This document shows positions 27,369 through 37,757 of a stretch of 64,000 nucleotides of DNA, piece after piece (positions within the stretch are counted from its first letter, which is position 1; the number at the start of each line of letters is the position of its first letter). The stretch is from an uncultured Gammaproteobacteria bacterium (GTDB taxonomy: Bacteria > Patescibacteriota > Microgenomatia > Daviesbacterales > UBA10151). Under the pieces are notes generated by a model that did no database searches, had not been told where the DNA came from, and worked only from the letters and a program-made list of their open reading frames with translations. Where the stretch lies: contig CAYMZD010000001.1 of the NCBI GenBank assembly GCA_964394855.1, positions 120,107 to 184,106 of the forward strand, read 5' to 3'. Position numbers and translations under genes: made by a program.

Positions 27369-30300
27369 TTATGGAGCATCCCAGAAGGTAATATCTGCAA
27401 AAGATTGAGAAGTCTTTGGGGTAGCTTTACCCGGGACAGGAAGCGGAGGACTAATAATGATGGTGTCTCCGCTATTATTATAAACATCCAGCAAGCCTGT
27501 ATAAAGTTGCATCCCGTTTATATTCTCTAAATTATAAGCAATATCTGCTGCAGTGATATTCGATTGAACAGTAGAGGAACACCCAAAGGCCACACAATTT
27601 AATTTAGCTGTTACTAATTGCTGCAGCAGCACCATTCTGGCTTTATCAACTTCACCCCGTTGAGCGAGTTTTCCTTTGCCAGTTGATTTCATGGAAATAT
27701 TTGAGTAGTAAGCACCAAAGAGTTGGCTTTGTTTAGGAACCTGGAAATTTGTAATTGACCCTTTATGAGGAGCAGTGCCGATTAGCATGCCACCAGAGAA
27801 GTGGGTTGCAAAAACTGTAGATGTAAAACTGGTATGAGTCTGCCAAAAACCCTGGGTTCTGGTGGGACCGGGCTTGAAGTTATTGAACGTGCAGGTTACT
27901 TCTGCAGCCGGATCAAGAGAAATAATAACACTTGTACCATTCACCACTATATTTGTGTATGGTGATCGGTCACTATCATTGATACAATTTATTCCTTGAA
28001 ACTGCCAAAATGCAGGTAAAGTCTCCCCGGCAGTATAAACCGCGTTTGCAGAAAGATTTTCAAAGGTCTTTGCTTGCGGGTAATTAGTTCCCGTCGGATC
28101 TTGAACCCCGGCATCATCATCTAGGAAAAAATTATCCTTGCCAGTGAATGAAAATTCAAAATCCTGGGCGTCATTAGGAGTAGCATCTTTAACTATAGTA
28201 ACTTTACCTTGTTTTGTATTAGTAAATGTACAGGTTACTACATCCCCATTATGCAAGGTTATTGAAGCTGGGGTATTGCCTTCCCCATTACACACTCCCC
28301 CATCACTATCCCAGTCAGTAACCGCACCTTCGGAAACACTGTATGTTCCAAGCGCAAGGAAGCCGGAATCATTTTGCTGACCGTCAATTAAGTTAAAGGT
28401 GGCACCACTGTTGTAGCTCGGAGTAAATGTAAAGCTCTGACTACTACCGTCTGGCAATGTTTGCTTGACAACAATTATCTTGCCGGCTACAAAAGTTTTG
28501 GTGGCATCTTCACTGGAACCGTGGGTGCCATCAGTTGCTCGAGCGAGTGAAACACCGCCTACATTAAGAGTAACCGTGGCATGAATCGTAACTGTACCAG
28601 GCGAAGCACTGGTAAAGACGATTATACATTGGCCGCTTACATCTGTATTTGGTCCGGCGTCATCACAAGTGCTGGCAGTATTGTCAAGAACCGATACAGC
28701 TCCACCTGAATCCGCGAGCGTGAAGTCAACGTGCTCACCTGCGGCCGGCGTAGCACCTGTACCGGGATCTTTGGTTACGGTAACTGTTACTGTGTGTGGA
28801 GCGTTGACGTTGTTTTCAGCGGTTAACGGACTCAGCGCGATATTTGCATCAACATAAGTCTTAGTAGCTGGACCGGAATTGTCTCCAACCCCGTTTGTCT
28901 GAAGTTTGAATTCAACGCCGTTAACAACAACTGTCGAACGGGCGGTGATCGTAAAGACTCCAGCAACACTTGAATTTATCGTTACCGTGCACTGACCGCT
29001 TGCGTTTACACCATCATTACAATCCGAAACGTCAAGACTTGTTGATGGACTAACAATCGCATTTGCAAGTGTACCTTCAGGAACCGGAACGAATCCTGAA
29101 CCAGTGTTTTGTTCAACTGTCACGATGAAATCGTGTGAATTTCCGACTTCGTTGGTTGAAGTATTGGGAGTAATACTAATCCGAGCATTTACATAGTCTT
29201 TTTGTGCATCGGCGCTATTGTCTCCGCCTGTTCCAGTTGAAACATTTAGAGTAACACCAAGCACAGTTGGACTGGCTGAAGCGTTAACAACTACATGACC
29301 CGGAGTTGGGGAATTGATAGTTATCGAACAAGCACCACCGGTAGTAGTACAGGTATTAGGACTTGCGGGAACAAATACTGCTGTCGCGCCATTTGAATTA
29401 GTAATTGAGAAAGTAATAGTTGTACCATCAGCAGCTGGTCCCCATACACCATCGCCATTTTGAACCTGAACATTTGCCGAGATTACGTGATCATCTCCAA
29501 TTTTGTTTGCATCCGTAAGAGGAGTAAGGTCAATCTGTGCTGCCGGCTTATTGTTTGTGAAGGTACACGTGACATCTTCGCCTGCTGCAATGTTAAAGGT
29601 TGCGATTCCTGTCTTAATATCTCCCGTACTGTCACCATCGTTACATGTAATATTCGTTAATGCCCAACCGCTAAGCACGGCTTCCGTTGAGCTATACACG
29701 CCTGGGACTACTTCTTCGGTTGCAGTGTCGCCGTCGCCTAATGTTCCTGCAACATTACCCGTAAATATGAACTCCGCTGGATCTCCGTCAGGAATTGTTT
29801 GTTTCTCAATTGTTATGTGACCCTTTCTTGTATTCGTGATTGTGCAAGTCTTGTCATCTCCGGCAGCAAGTGTAATAGTACCAGCGGTAGCTGTACCTCC
29901 ACAGCCTACTCCACTAACAACACTCGTATAATCACTTAAGTTTGTTCCCGTTCCAGCTGCTTCTGCAAAAGTATTGGAACCAATGTTGGCAAACTGAGCG
30001 TTAGTTGTCCCTCCATTGCTAACATCTGTAACATATTGGGTGCCGTTAATTGAGAGGTTGAATTTGCCGGTATCATTTGTGGGATCGGTTACTTTAACAA
30101 CTGTTAATTTTGGCTTCTTGGTGTTAGTAAAAGTACAGGTAGTGGTTTGTCCGGCTACTACGGTCACACCCGTTACCCCATTTGTTCCGGCAGTAAATGC
30201 CTTATCACAAGAGGCAGAACCAAAATTCCAGCCAGAAGGAACAGTTTCCGTAATAGCATAGTTTGTACCTGAATTAACTGGGGTAGGACCGCTTGAGCCA

Positions 30301-31982
30301 GTACCTCCGGAGGTGGTAATGCTGGGAGTCAAAGGTGTGGGACCGGTAACACTATAATTAAATGTCATATCCCCACCAGTGGTATTTTTTACGATTACCA
30401 AATTCCCCTGCTGAAGGGTATTAATAAAGGTACAAGTTACATTTTCCCCCTCTTTTAAATTAATTGTCGCGGTTGATCCGCTAACTGATTGTGTGCCACC
30501 ATTAGGACTAGTGACAGAACATGAGGCCGAATCAAATCCCCAACCAGTAGGAACTGGTGTTTCATTAACAGAGTATGTCTGGAAATCTACGATATTAGAA
30601 AACACCCTTGTGTTTGCTGATGTGCCATCATCAACAAGCGAGAAATTTGTTAAAGGTGAAGGAGATGCTGTAAATAGAAAAGAAGTTGATCCGTTTGGTG
30701 TCGCGTCTTTGATAATTGTTATTGATCCGGGAAAAATAACTGCGGCTGCGGAAAGTGATCTGTCCTGATTGCCGCCACTTCCGTCAAGATCAATAAGTCT
30801 GGTATGGTACGGAGATCCCGAAATATTCACTGCTGAATTATCCAATCCCCAATCAGCTCTAGTAGAAATATGCCCACCCCAAGCCAGCACCGGATTAGCA
30901 ACACTGGCAGTAAATGTAATTGTAATTCTTGCTGATTTATCACCGGTAAAACCCGTACCATCTGCGTATGAATAGGGGCTAACAGCAGTAATGGTTCCAC
31001 CATAAAGTGTGAAATTACCGGCAATTGGAGTTACTCCGGCTCCGGTCACTTGCGGATCCGCCGGTATAGGATCAGTGTTTAGACTACCACATCCACTAAC
31101 CCCTAAACATGGATTAGCTGTTGCTACCGTTTGATTAAAAGTTGTCAGATAATCAATTGCATGTTTACTGCTTTTAGTTGTATCCCATTCTATGGTGACT
31201 GTATGTGAAGCAAGACTTAAGTTGTCAAATGTTAATCTGTAAGGAATTGAATCACCTTCAAAGTACGAAGATTTACTTGCGCCAAGATTTCCGTTTACCC
31301 AATCGCTGGCACTGGCACTGCAACCATCGGTACTTGGAGATGGAGCCGGATCATTTGCACATTGATCCAGCCTAGCAGATGGATTAGCGTCTGTAAATGT
31401 TGTTGTTGCAACAATATTGCCTGAAGAATCCTTGAGTTCTACTTCATAGTTGGGTCTGTAAGTTCCATCTAACTGATAAGCATAAACAAATTCTCCTTTT
31501 TCGTTTGTTGTCACTTGGGTGCTAAACTCAAGTGCCGGGGGGCCGTCTGAAGTAATCACAAGAGTGTAAGTGGTATTTACTTTCAAACCTGTTCCGGAGA
31601 TAACTACCGTATCTGTTGGGGCATAGTCTGCTTTATCTGTAATCAAAGAAGCAGAGCTTGTTACATCAACCGGATCTAAATCAAGGCTGGTAACAGAGCT
31701 GGCTGAGGTATCCGATAAAACAACTGCTGTTAACTGCCCTTCGGCAGTGGGTGATGGGGATGGTGAAACTTCTGGAGTTGCGGTTGGTCCCGATTCAATC
31801 GGGGTTGGGGTAGGAGTCTCAGAGGGTGTAGGAGAAGGTGAAGGTTCAGAAGAAGGACTAATGGTTGGTTCTGCTGTAGACGTGGCTTCCTGGGCATAGG
31901 CCAAAGGACCAAGAGTATTAAAAACTAAAAGAAGAGAGGTAATGAAAGAAAAAAATTTACGAGAAATGCTTCTTCTATTCAT
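27369..31982 (-). CDS. giant (1537 aa) cell-surface protein: signal peptide, Pro/Thr/Ser-rich linker, at least 6 tandem Ig-like (DUF11/'conserved repeat domain'-type) modules, and a distinct 260-aa C-terminal domain
   Basis: N-terminal 'LLVFNTLGPLAYAQEA', 'PSPSPTPSETPTPTP', and recurring module ends 'VTCTFINT', 'TTCTFTNTKKPK', 'KTCTITNTRKG', 'VTCTFTNNKPAA', 'VTCTFTNTKQGK', 'VTCTFNNFKPG'. Confidence 0.75.
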   Translation of the reverse strand: MNRRSISRKFFSFITSLLLVFNTLGPLAYAQEATSTAEPTISPSSEPSPSPTPSETPTPTPIESGPTATPEVSPSPSPTAEGQLTAVVLSDTSASSVTSLDLDPVDVTSSASLITDKADYAPTDTVVISGTGLKVNTTYTLVITSDGPPALEFSTQVTTNEKGEFVYAYQLDGTYRPNYEVELKDSSGNIVATTTFTDANPSARLDQCANDPAPSPSTDGCSASASDWVNGNLGASKSSYFEGDSIPYRLTFDNLSLASHTVTIEWDTTKSSKHAIDYLTTFNQTVATANPCLGVSGCGSLNTDPIPADPQVTGAGVTPIAGNFTLYGGTITAVSPYSYADGTGFTGDKSARITITFTASVANPVLAWGGHISTRADWGLDNSAVNISGSPYHTRLIDLDGSGGNQDRSLSAAAVIFPGSITIIKDATPNGSTSFLFTASPSPLTNFSLVDDGTSANTRVFSNIVDFQTYSVNETPVPTGWGFDSASCSVTSPNGGTQSVSGSTATINLKEGENVTCTFINTLQQGNLVIVKNTTGGDMTFNYSVTGPTPLTPSITTSGGTGSSGPTPVNSGTNYAITETVPSGWNFGSASCDKAFTAGTNGVTGVTVVAGQTTTCTFTNTKKPKLTVVKVTDPTNDTGKFNLSINGTQYVTDVSNGGTTNAQFANIGSNTFAEAAGTGTNLSDYTSVVSGVGCGGTATAGTITLAAGDDKTCTITNTRKGHITIEKQTIPDGDPAEFIFTGNVAGTLGDGDTATEEVVPGVYSSTEAVLSGWALTNITCNDGDSTGDIKTGIATFNIAAGEDVTCTFTNNKPAAQIDLTPLTDANKIGDDHVISANVQVQNGDGVWGPAADGTTITFSITNSNGATAVFVPASPNTCTTTGGACSITINSPTPGHVVVNASASPTVLGVTLNVSTGTGGDNSADAQKDYVNARISITPNTSTNEVGNSHDFIVTVEQNTGSGFVPVPEGTLANAIVSPSTSLDVSDCNDGVNASGQCTVTINSSVAGVFTITARSTVVVNGVEFKLQTNGVGDNSGPATKTYVDANIALSPLTAENNVNAPHTVTVTVTKDPGTGATPAAGEHVDFTLADSGGAVSVLDNTASTCDDAGPNTDVSGQCIIVFTSASPGTVTIHATVTLNVGGVSLARATDGTHGSSEDATKTFVAGKIIVVKQTLPDGSSQSFTFTPSYNSGATFNLIDGQQNDSGFLALGTYSVSEGAVTDWDSDGGVCNGEGNTPASITLHNGDVVTCTFTNTKQGKVTIVKDATPNDAQDFEFSFTGKDNFFLDDDAGVQDPTGTNYPQAKTFENLSANAVYTAGETLPAFWQFQGINCINDSDRSPYTNIVVNGTSVIISLDPAAEVTCTFNNFKPGPTRTQGFWQTHTSFTSTVFATHFSGGMLIGTAPHKGSITNFQVPKQSQLFGAYYSNISMKSTGKGKLAQRGEVDKARMVLLQQLVTAKLNCVAFGCSSTVQSNITAADIAYNLENINGMQLYTGLLDVYNNSGDTIIISPPLPVPGKATPKTSQSFADITFWDAP

Positions 31983-32069
31983 CTAAATGTTGTATAACAT
32001 ATTTAAATAACTCATTGCAATACCCCATTTTTCCCCTGTATTTCTATATCCTCCTTTTGTTTTTTTAAT

Positions 32070-32103
32070 CATCAAATAGTATTAGAATCAAATAGTATTA
32101 GAA
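32070..32103. repeat. tandem direct repeat 2 x 17 bp ((a)tcaaatagtattagaa)
   Basis: Two adjacent copies about 90-120 bp upstream of the giant surface-protein start codon, in a divergent intergenic region. Confidence 0.8.
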
Positions 32104-32377
32104 TAAAGTAAGCAGTCTATTCTACTATGAATTTAGGATTACATCATTTATGGGAACGCTCCAGGAAACTGGAAAATGAGACTGTGGATTTTTTTATCGC
32201 CTCATTATTTTGGCTCTTATACGGCCTGGTTCACAAAGCCAAACCCCTGATCTATACCAATATCTATCGCAGCCCTTTTCCTGCATTTTCTCATTATCCT
32301 GGGTATTATCTTACATCGTCTTTAGTTTGTTTCTTTATACTTGATGTGAATATTAAATATATTGTATAATTTAAGAC

Positions 32378-33508
32378 GTGCGCAAAAGAAGGGTCGCTAT
32401 TTTTTTAGGGTTATGCTTTTTGGGTTTGGTATTTTTTATAATCAACAAAAATTTTATTGAGCATACTAATTCCGACTCTTCAAAACAAAAATTAGAGGTA
32501 GTTACCAAAGAAAAAAAACAGCTGGAAATTGTGGCTAAAAATCTGGATGTGCCTTGGGCCTTGGCTTTTCTGCCAAACGGCGATCTTTTATTTACCGAAA
32601 GAGTTGGCAACATCAAATTGATTAAAAAGGATTTTAGCGAACCACCAATCTTAGTTGCCAAAATACCCGATGTCTTACAAAGCGTGGAATCAGGACTTCA
32701 CGGCATTGCGGTTCACCCTAATTATCCTAATGAACCTTACATATTTGTTTACTATACTTATCAGTCCGAAAGCAGTGGTTCCCCTAATAATTTAAACAAG
32801 GTGGTCCGTTTTAAATTTTATCCTGCTGTTACGGGTGACAAAGCGTATCAGCTCTCGGAAGAAACTATTATGGTTGATAAAATTCCCGGGGCTAACTTCC
32901 ATGACGGAGGAAGAATTAAATTTGGACCTAATAAAAATTTATATATCACCACCGGCGATGCTACTAACCCTTCTCTATCCCAAGATCTAAATTCTCCGGC
33001 AGGTAAGATTTTAAAAATTAGTAAAGACCACTTGGAAGAAAACGCCCCGGTGGAAATTTTTTCCCTTGGCCATCGCAATCCCCAAGGCATTACCTGGGAT
33101 AACAAAGAAAATCTTTGGGAGGCAGAACACGGCTCCGATGCCTTTGATGAAATTAATTTTATAGAAAAAGGTAAAAATTACGGCTGGCCCGAAATACGCG
33201 GATATCAGGAAAAGGAGAATATGGAAAAACCTATTTTGCACAGTGGCCAAGATACCTGGGCCCCGGCCGGGATGGCTTTTTTTGAAGGATCTTTGTATTT
33301 TGGGGGATTACGGGGACAAGCTCTTTACCAATATGATATCGAAAAGAAAGAATTAAAAACTTATTTAAAAGGTCAGCTGGGCAGAATTCGCGATGTAGTT
33401 TTAGGACCGGATAATCTTTTATATATTACTACTAGCAACCGCGATGGTAGAGGAACTCCCTCATCCCGTGACGATAAAATTCTCCGATTGGATCCAATAA
33501 CTCTCTAA
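32378..33508 (+). CDS. PQQ-dependent (soluble) sugar/aldose dehydrogenase beta-propeller protein
   Basis: N-terminal anchor. 'LDVPWALAFLPNGDLLFTERVGNIKLI' and 'GLHGIAVHPNY' are typical of YliI/sGDH family blades. Confidence 0.65.
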   Translation: MRKRRVAIFLGLCFLGLVFFIINKNFIEHTNSDSSKQKLEVVTKEKKQLEIVAKNLDVPWALAFLPNGDLLFTERVGNIKLIKKDFSEPPILVAKIPDVLQSVESGLHGIAVHPNYPNEPYIFVYYTYQSESSGSPNNLNKVVRFKFYPAVTGDKAYQLSEETIMVDKIPGANFHDGGRIKFGPNKNLYITTGDATNPSLSQDLNSPAGKILKISKDHLEENAPVEIFSLGHRNPQGITWDNKENLWEAEHGSDAFDEINFIEKGKNYGWPEIRGYQEKENMEKPILHSGQDTWAPAGMAFFEGSLYFGGLRGQALYQYDIEKKELKTYLKGQLGRIRDVVLGPDNLLYITTSNRDGRGTPSSRDDKILRLDPITL

Positions 33509-33520
33509 CCAAATGCAAAC

Positions 33521-33982
33521 CTAGGCATTTTTGGATGTTAATAACTTAAATGTATAAAAGGCTGCTATAACCTCAACCATCAACATCAACAAATTTAAGC
33601 CATCTGACGAGGAACTCATCCAACCTGATGATAAATAAAATACGTTATTTAAAAAAGCTCCCCCTAAAAGTCCCATCAAAAGTAAACTCAAAATTAATTT
33701 ATTACCCTGTTTTTTAAGTAGCAACCAGACTAAGGAAATAAAAAGTGACAACCCCACCAGTGTTTCCCCCCACATGGTTAAGCTGCCAAATAAAGATGCA
33801 TTGGGTATGGCTACAGACCGCAAGAAATCTTTAACAAGAGGGTAAGGATTCCCTTCAACAAATTTTTTTAATGTCCCTTCCATTCCCGCCACAAATTTTC
33901 CACCGCTTAATTTTCCGTACGAACTGCGAAGCCAAATAAAATCAATTACCAAAAGTATAAACAGCAGATATCGATTAAACAT
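33521..33982 (-). CDS. DoxX-like small membrane protein (tentative)
   Basis: Four TM helices, 153 aa. Confidence 0.4.
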   Translation of the reverse strand: MFNRYLLFILLVIDFIWLRSSYGKLSGGKFVAGMEGTLKKFVEGNPYPLVKDFLRSVAIPNASLFGSLTMWGETLVGLSLFISLVWLLLKKQGNKLILSLLLMGLLGGAFLNNVFYLSSGWMSSSSDGLNLLMLMVEVIAAFYTFKLLTSKNA

Positions 33983-34079
33983 TTTATCTCACCTCTTTAT
34001 AGATAGGGTAAACTGATGTTTTGTCAATAGTCAACACCTTTTAAAAATTAGGGACTTGACAAATAAATAAATTAAATAG

Positions 34080-34754
34080 ATGATTAATTTAGTGAATAAA
34101 TTTTCTGCCCAAAAAGGCCCCACCAGCGAGCTAGGTGTTGTTAGCCCCATTATCATCGTGGTAGGTGTGGTAGTGTTAATAGCGGTGGTACTGTTGGCTT
34201 CAGGAGCCCTTAAATTTAGTGCTAATATTAAAAGTGGTAGTCAGCCTTCCAGTTCTTCCTCTCAAAAAGCACCTGAAAAACCCAAAGTGGAACTGACTGA
34301 AACTTACACCAATCAGGATTTAGGAATTTCCATAAAATATCCTAACAAGTGGGAGGTTGATACTTCCCAAAAAGTACCAATTATTTATTCCACAGATTGG
34401 GATGCCAAATCAGCTAATGATAGCCCAGCAGGGGTAATTTTAGCTTCTACCAAAAGAGCTGACCAGACCAAAGACATGAGTAAAGCCACGGTTTATGATA
34501 TCCGTAAAATTGAGCTGCAGAAAGAATATCCGGGAGCAACTTTTGGTGAGGATAAAGACATTCAATTGGGTAGTATTGATGCCCATGTTTATGAATTTAC
34601 CTATGTCAATGTCAAAAACGATTTTGAGGGAAGATATTACTTGGTGGTAACTGAAAATAAGTTATATGGATTATTAGCTACAGCTATCAAAGCAAAGTGG
34701 GCAGATTATGAAGATGTCCTCTCTCGCATAGTTCAAACATTAACACTACTTTAA
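34080..34754 (+). CDS. hypothetical membrane-anchored protein
   Basis: N-terminal TM helix, Ser-rich linker, globular C-terminus. Confidence 0.4.
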   Translation: MINLVNKFSAQKGPTSELGVVSPIIIVVGVVVLIAVVLLASGALKFSANIKSGSQPSSSSSQKAPEKPKVELTETYTNQDLGISIKYPNKWEVDTSQKVPIIYSTDWDAKSANDSPAGVILASTKRADQTKDMSKATVYDIRKIELQKEYPGATFGEDKDIQLGSIDAHVYEFTYVNVKNDFEGRYYLVVTENKLYGLLATAIKAKWADYEDVLSRIVQTLTLL

Positions 34755-34765
34755 AAACTTTCTGA

Positions 34766-36010
34766 TTATTTTATTTTACTAGTGAGACGTTGCAAAGCCA
34801 AAATATAGGCGGCTTTTCTTAAATTCACTTTTTCTTGTCCTCGTATATTCCATACCTCACCAAAGGCTTTGATCATTTTTGCTTTAAGTTTACTAACCAC
34901 TTTTTGATATGGCCAATTTTCTGCTTTCATGTTTTGCCACCACTCAAAATAGGAAACTGTCACACCGCCGCAGTTGCCCAAAACATCAGGTACCACCATC
35001 ACTTTTTTCTTTTCCAGAATTTCATCTGCCTCGACAGAAGTTGGCCCGTTAGCCATTTCTAAAATAATTTTAGCTTTTATTTGGGAAGCATTTTTCCCAG
35101 TTATAACACCCTCCAAAGCAGCTGGAATCAAAATATCAACAGGCAGCTCAAGCAGTTCCTTGTTTGAGATCAAACCATCTTTTTGCTTGCTTGCTAAATC
35201 ACAAACGCTACCTTTGCAGTAACAATCAGCAATTAAACCTTTCTCCAACTTACAAACTTTAACAAGTTGTATATTAAAGCCATCATTACTTTTGTCATAA
35301 ATTGCTCCCCGGGAATCAGACAAAGCCACCACTTTGTATCCATGCCGGTGGAGTAGCGCTGCCAAGTGCGAACCAACATTACCAAACCCTTGTATTGCCA
35401 CAGTCAGTGGTTTTTTTAGTTTAATTTTTTTAATCAGCTCCTCTAACACAAAGAATCCACCCAAACCCGTAGCCTCTTCTCTTCCTGCTGATCCACCATG
35501 TTGTAGCGATTTTCCAGTCACCACGGCAGGATTACCATACTCATCAGCAATCCAATCCATCACTTGTGAGTTAGTATTAACATCAGGAGCCGGCACATCA
35601 ATTGTTGGACCAATATTGGCAGCCAGAGCTTTTGTAAAAGCTCGGGTTAATCTTTCCAGCTCTTTTTTGGATAAAGTTTTGGGGTCTATTTGAAGACCCC
35701 CTTTGCCTCCACCAAAAGGAACTCCCACCAGGGCATTTTTAATCATCATCCAAAAAGATAAAGCCTTAACCTCATCTAAACTAACATTGGGATGATAACG
35801 CAAACCTCCTTTATAAGGACCCAACCAGTTGTTGTACTGGACTCTATACCCCCTAACAAGTTGATGTTTACCATTATCCAGTTTTAAAGGGATGTTAACT
35901 TCAATCTGCCTCTGCGGTATAGATAAAATTTGCAAAACATCAGCCGGAATTTTTAAAATTTGGGATGTTTTTTTAAGCTGCACCAGAGCATTATCAAAAG
36001 TGTTCATCAA
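34766..36010 (-). CDS. gdh: NAD(P)-dependent glutamate dehydrogenase (Glu/Leu/Phe/Val dehydrogenase family)
   Basis: 'VPFGGGKGGLQIDPK' Lys-containing active-site motif and 'GFGNVGSH' Rossmann motif. Confidence 0.85.
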   Translation of the reverse strand: MMNTFDNALVQLKKTSQILKIPADVLQILSIPQRQIEVNIPLKLDNGKHQLVRGYRVQYNNWLGPYKGGLRYHPNVSLDEVKALSFWMMIKNALVGVPFGGGKGGLQIDPKTLSKKELERLTRAFTKALAANIGPTIDVPAPDVNTNSQVMDWIADEYGNPAVVTGKSLQHGGSAGREEATGLGGFFVLEELIKKIKLKKPLTVAIQGFGNVGSHLAALLHRHGYKVVALSDSRGAIYDKSNDGFNIQLVKVCKLEKGLIADCYCKGSVCDLASKQKDGLISNKELLELPVDILIPAALEGVITGKNASQIKAKIILEMANGPTSVEADEILEKKKVMVVPDVLGNCGGVTVSYFEWWQNMKAENWPYQKVVSKLKAKMIKAFGEVWNIRGQEKVNLRKAAYILALQRLTSKIK

Positions 36011-37269
36011 TTTAAAATCTTGGCAAATTTATTCTTTGATTTAAAAGGACCAATTATTTGCAAATTAAATTTATTTTTTTGAAAAAGTTCTTGGGCCACT
36101 ACCTGTACATCCTCTGCGGTAACCCCATCAATTTTAGACAAATATTCTTCAAAAGTTTCTATTTTCCTATCCAAGACAAATTCCGTACCAAAGTGTTCTG
36201 CTAAAAAATTAGTGGACTCCGAACGGATAGCTAATCTCCCCCTAATCATTTCCTTGGCTTTTTTTAATTCCTCGCTACTGACTTTTTCTAAAATTATCTT
36301 TTGAAGTTCACTCAAAATAACCCTTAATCCTTCCTCAACATTTTCTATTTTCAAACCGGCATAGACTGCAAAAATACCACAATCAATGTAGCAATCATGA
36401 CCAGCACTTACATGATATGCTAAACCCCGCCTTTCTCGAATCTGCAAAAAAAGCCTTGATGACATTCCCTCCCCTAAAATTGTCCCCAGCACTCTGGCCG
36501 CATATCTTTTTTTATTAAATCTGTCAAATCCTTCCGTACCCAAAACCAAATGAGCTTGATCTGTCTGCTTGAAAAACAAATTTGTCTTTGGTTTATTTTG
36601 TTTTTCTTTTTTAAATGGAGTTGCTTTAAATTTACCTCTTTTAGGCAAACCCAAAAAATATTTTTCTGCCTCTTTTTCAATGTTTTTAGGAAAATTTCCG
36701 GCAAAAACTAAAGACATATTATTAGGAGAATAAATACTTCTCACATAATTTACAAAATCCTGTCTGGTCAATGATTTAATAGAGTCTTCACTCCCACCGA
36801 GATCCCAACCCAAGGGCTGATTTCCAAATTGCAGCATTTCGTATAGAGTCCATATATACCTTGCCGGATCATCTTTAATCATCCTCATCTCTTCAATAAT
36901 GATCCCTTTTTCTTTCTCTATTTCTTTCCCTGAAAGAAGTGACTCTTTTAACATCGATGATAAAATATCCATAGAGAGTTCCAGATTTTTGGCTGAAGAT
37001 TTTATCCAATAATAAGTAAATTCTTTGCTGGTGGCGGCATTATTAACAGCACCTATTCCATCAATCAAAGTGGAAATTTGCTCGGCAGAAGGGAATTTTC
37101 TGCTTCCTTTAAAAAACATGTGTTCTAAAAAGTGAGAAATACCCTTAATTTTTTTTGTTTCATATCTTGATCCTGCACCTACTGCCACCAGGGTTGTCAC
37201 AGAATCAAGATGGGGCATGGGAATGGTGATTAAAGTCAGACCATTTTTCAATGTGGTTTTAGAAAACAT
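36007..37269 (-). CDS. M16-family (pitrilysin/insulinase-like) zinc peptidase
   Basis: Inverted zinc motif 'HFLEHMFFKG' (HxxEH) and a downstream Glu region. Confidence 0.75.
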   Translation of the reverse strand: MFSKTTLKNGLTLITIPMPHLDSVTTLVAVGAGSRYETKKIKGISHFLEHMFFKGSRKFPSAEQISTLIDGIGAVNNAATSKEFTYYWIKSSAKNLELSMDILSSMLKESLLSGKEIEKEKGIIIEEMRMIKDDPARYIWTLYEMLQFGNQPLGWDLGGSEDSIKSLTRQDFVNYVRSIYSPNNMSLVFAGNFPKNIEKEAEKYFLGLPKRGKFKATPFKKEKQNKPKTNLFFKQTDQAHLVLGTEGFDRFNKKRYAARVLGTILGEGMSSRLFLQIRERRGLAYHVSAGHDCYIDCGIFAVYAGLKIENVEEGLRVILSELQKIILEKVSSEELKKAKEMIRGRLAIRSESTNFLAEHFGTEFVLDRKIETFEEYLSKIDGVTAEDVQVVAQELFQKNKFNLQIIGPFKSKNKFAKILN

Positions 37270-37292
37270 AAACGTAAGTGTAGCAGGGTTTG

Positions 37293-37757
37293 TTATCTAA
37301 TTCCACCATGCAGAGTAAACCCGGGATGAACGGCATAGTATGAGTGAATTTGTCTACCTGGTTTGTCGCCATAACCTTCTGGCACTTTTCCGTTTGCTGG
37401 TCTAGGATTTAATCTCTCCCTCAATGCATTTCTTAATGAACTGGTCAGCAATATCTGAGCTGATCTTCTAGAAAGTCCCCTTTCTTCAACTGCATCCAAC
37501 AACGATGCTTGTCTTTTTTTGTGTGATGTAATAACTACCAAACCATTCAAAATCTCATCTTTCCTGAATCTTAATCTACCACGATTAATATCGGGAGTAT
37601 TTAAAATAATTCCCATCATTTCGGCAAGACCACCCAAGATCTCCTCCTGCAGATCAGGAGTTAATGTTGGATATCTCTTACTTCTCCTTAAAGCCACTTC
37701 TGCAATAGACCTATTTATATCTGCGTTTTCGGATACTCTATCTTGCATATAATTCAA
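37293..37757 (-). CDS. hypothetical protein
   Basis: Fills the 484-nt slot between the M16 peptidase gene and cysS with a 4-bp overlap. No motif recognised. Confidence 0.35.
   Translation of the reverse strand: MNYMQDRVSENADINRSIAEVALRRSKRYPTLTPDLQEEILGGLAEMMGIILNTPDINRGRLRFRKDEILNGLVVITSHKKRQASLLDAVEERGLSRRSAQILLTSSLRNALRERLNPRPANGKVPEGYGDKPGRQIHSYYAVHPGFTLHGGIR

Noticed and set aside
28600-30700. Internal DNA repeats as a possible mobile or repetitive element family
   Set aside because: The repeats are in-frame duplications of Ig-like modules within one ORF, each ending in 'CTFTNTK'-type strands. They are not dispersed non-coding repeats or IS elements. No transposase or inverted terminal repeats were found.
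28138-31024. Numerous 60-105 aa ORFs on both strands inside 27369..31982
   Set aside because: All are embedded in the 1537-aa surface-protein ORF. The compositionally biased Thr/Ser/Pro/Val-rich translations are by-products of its repetitive coding sequence.
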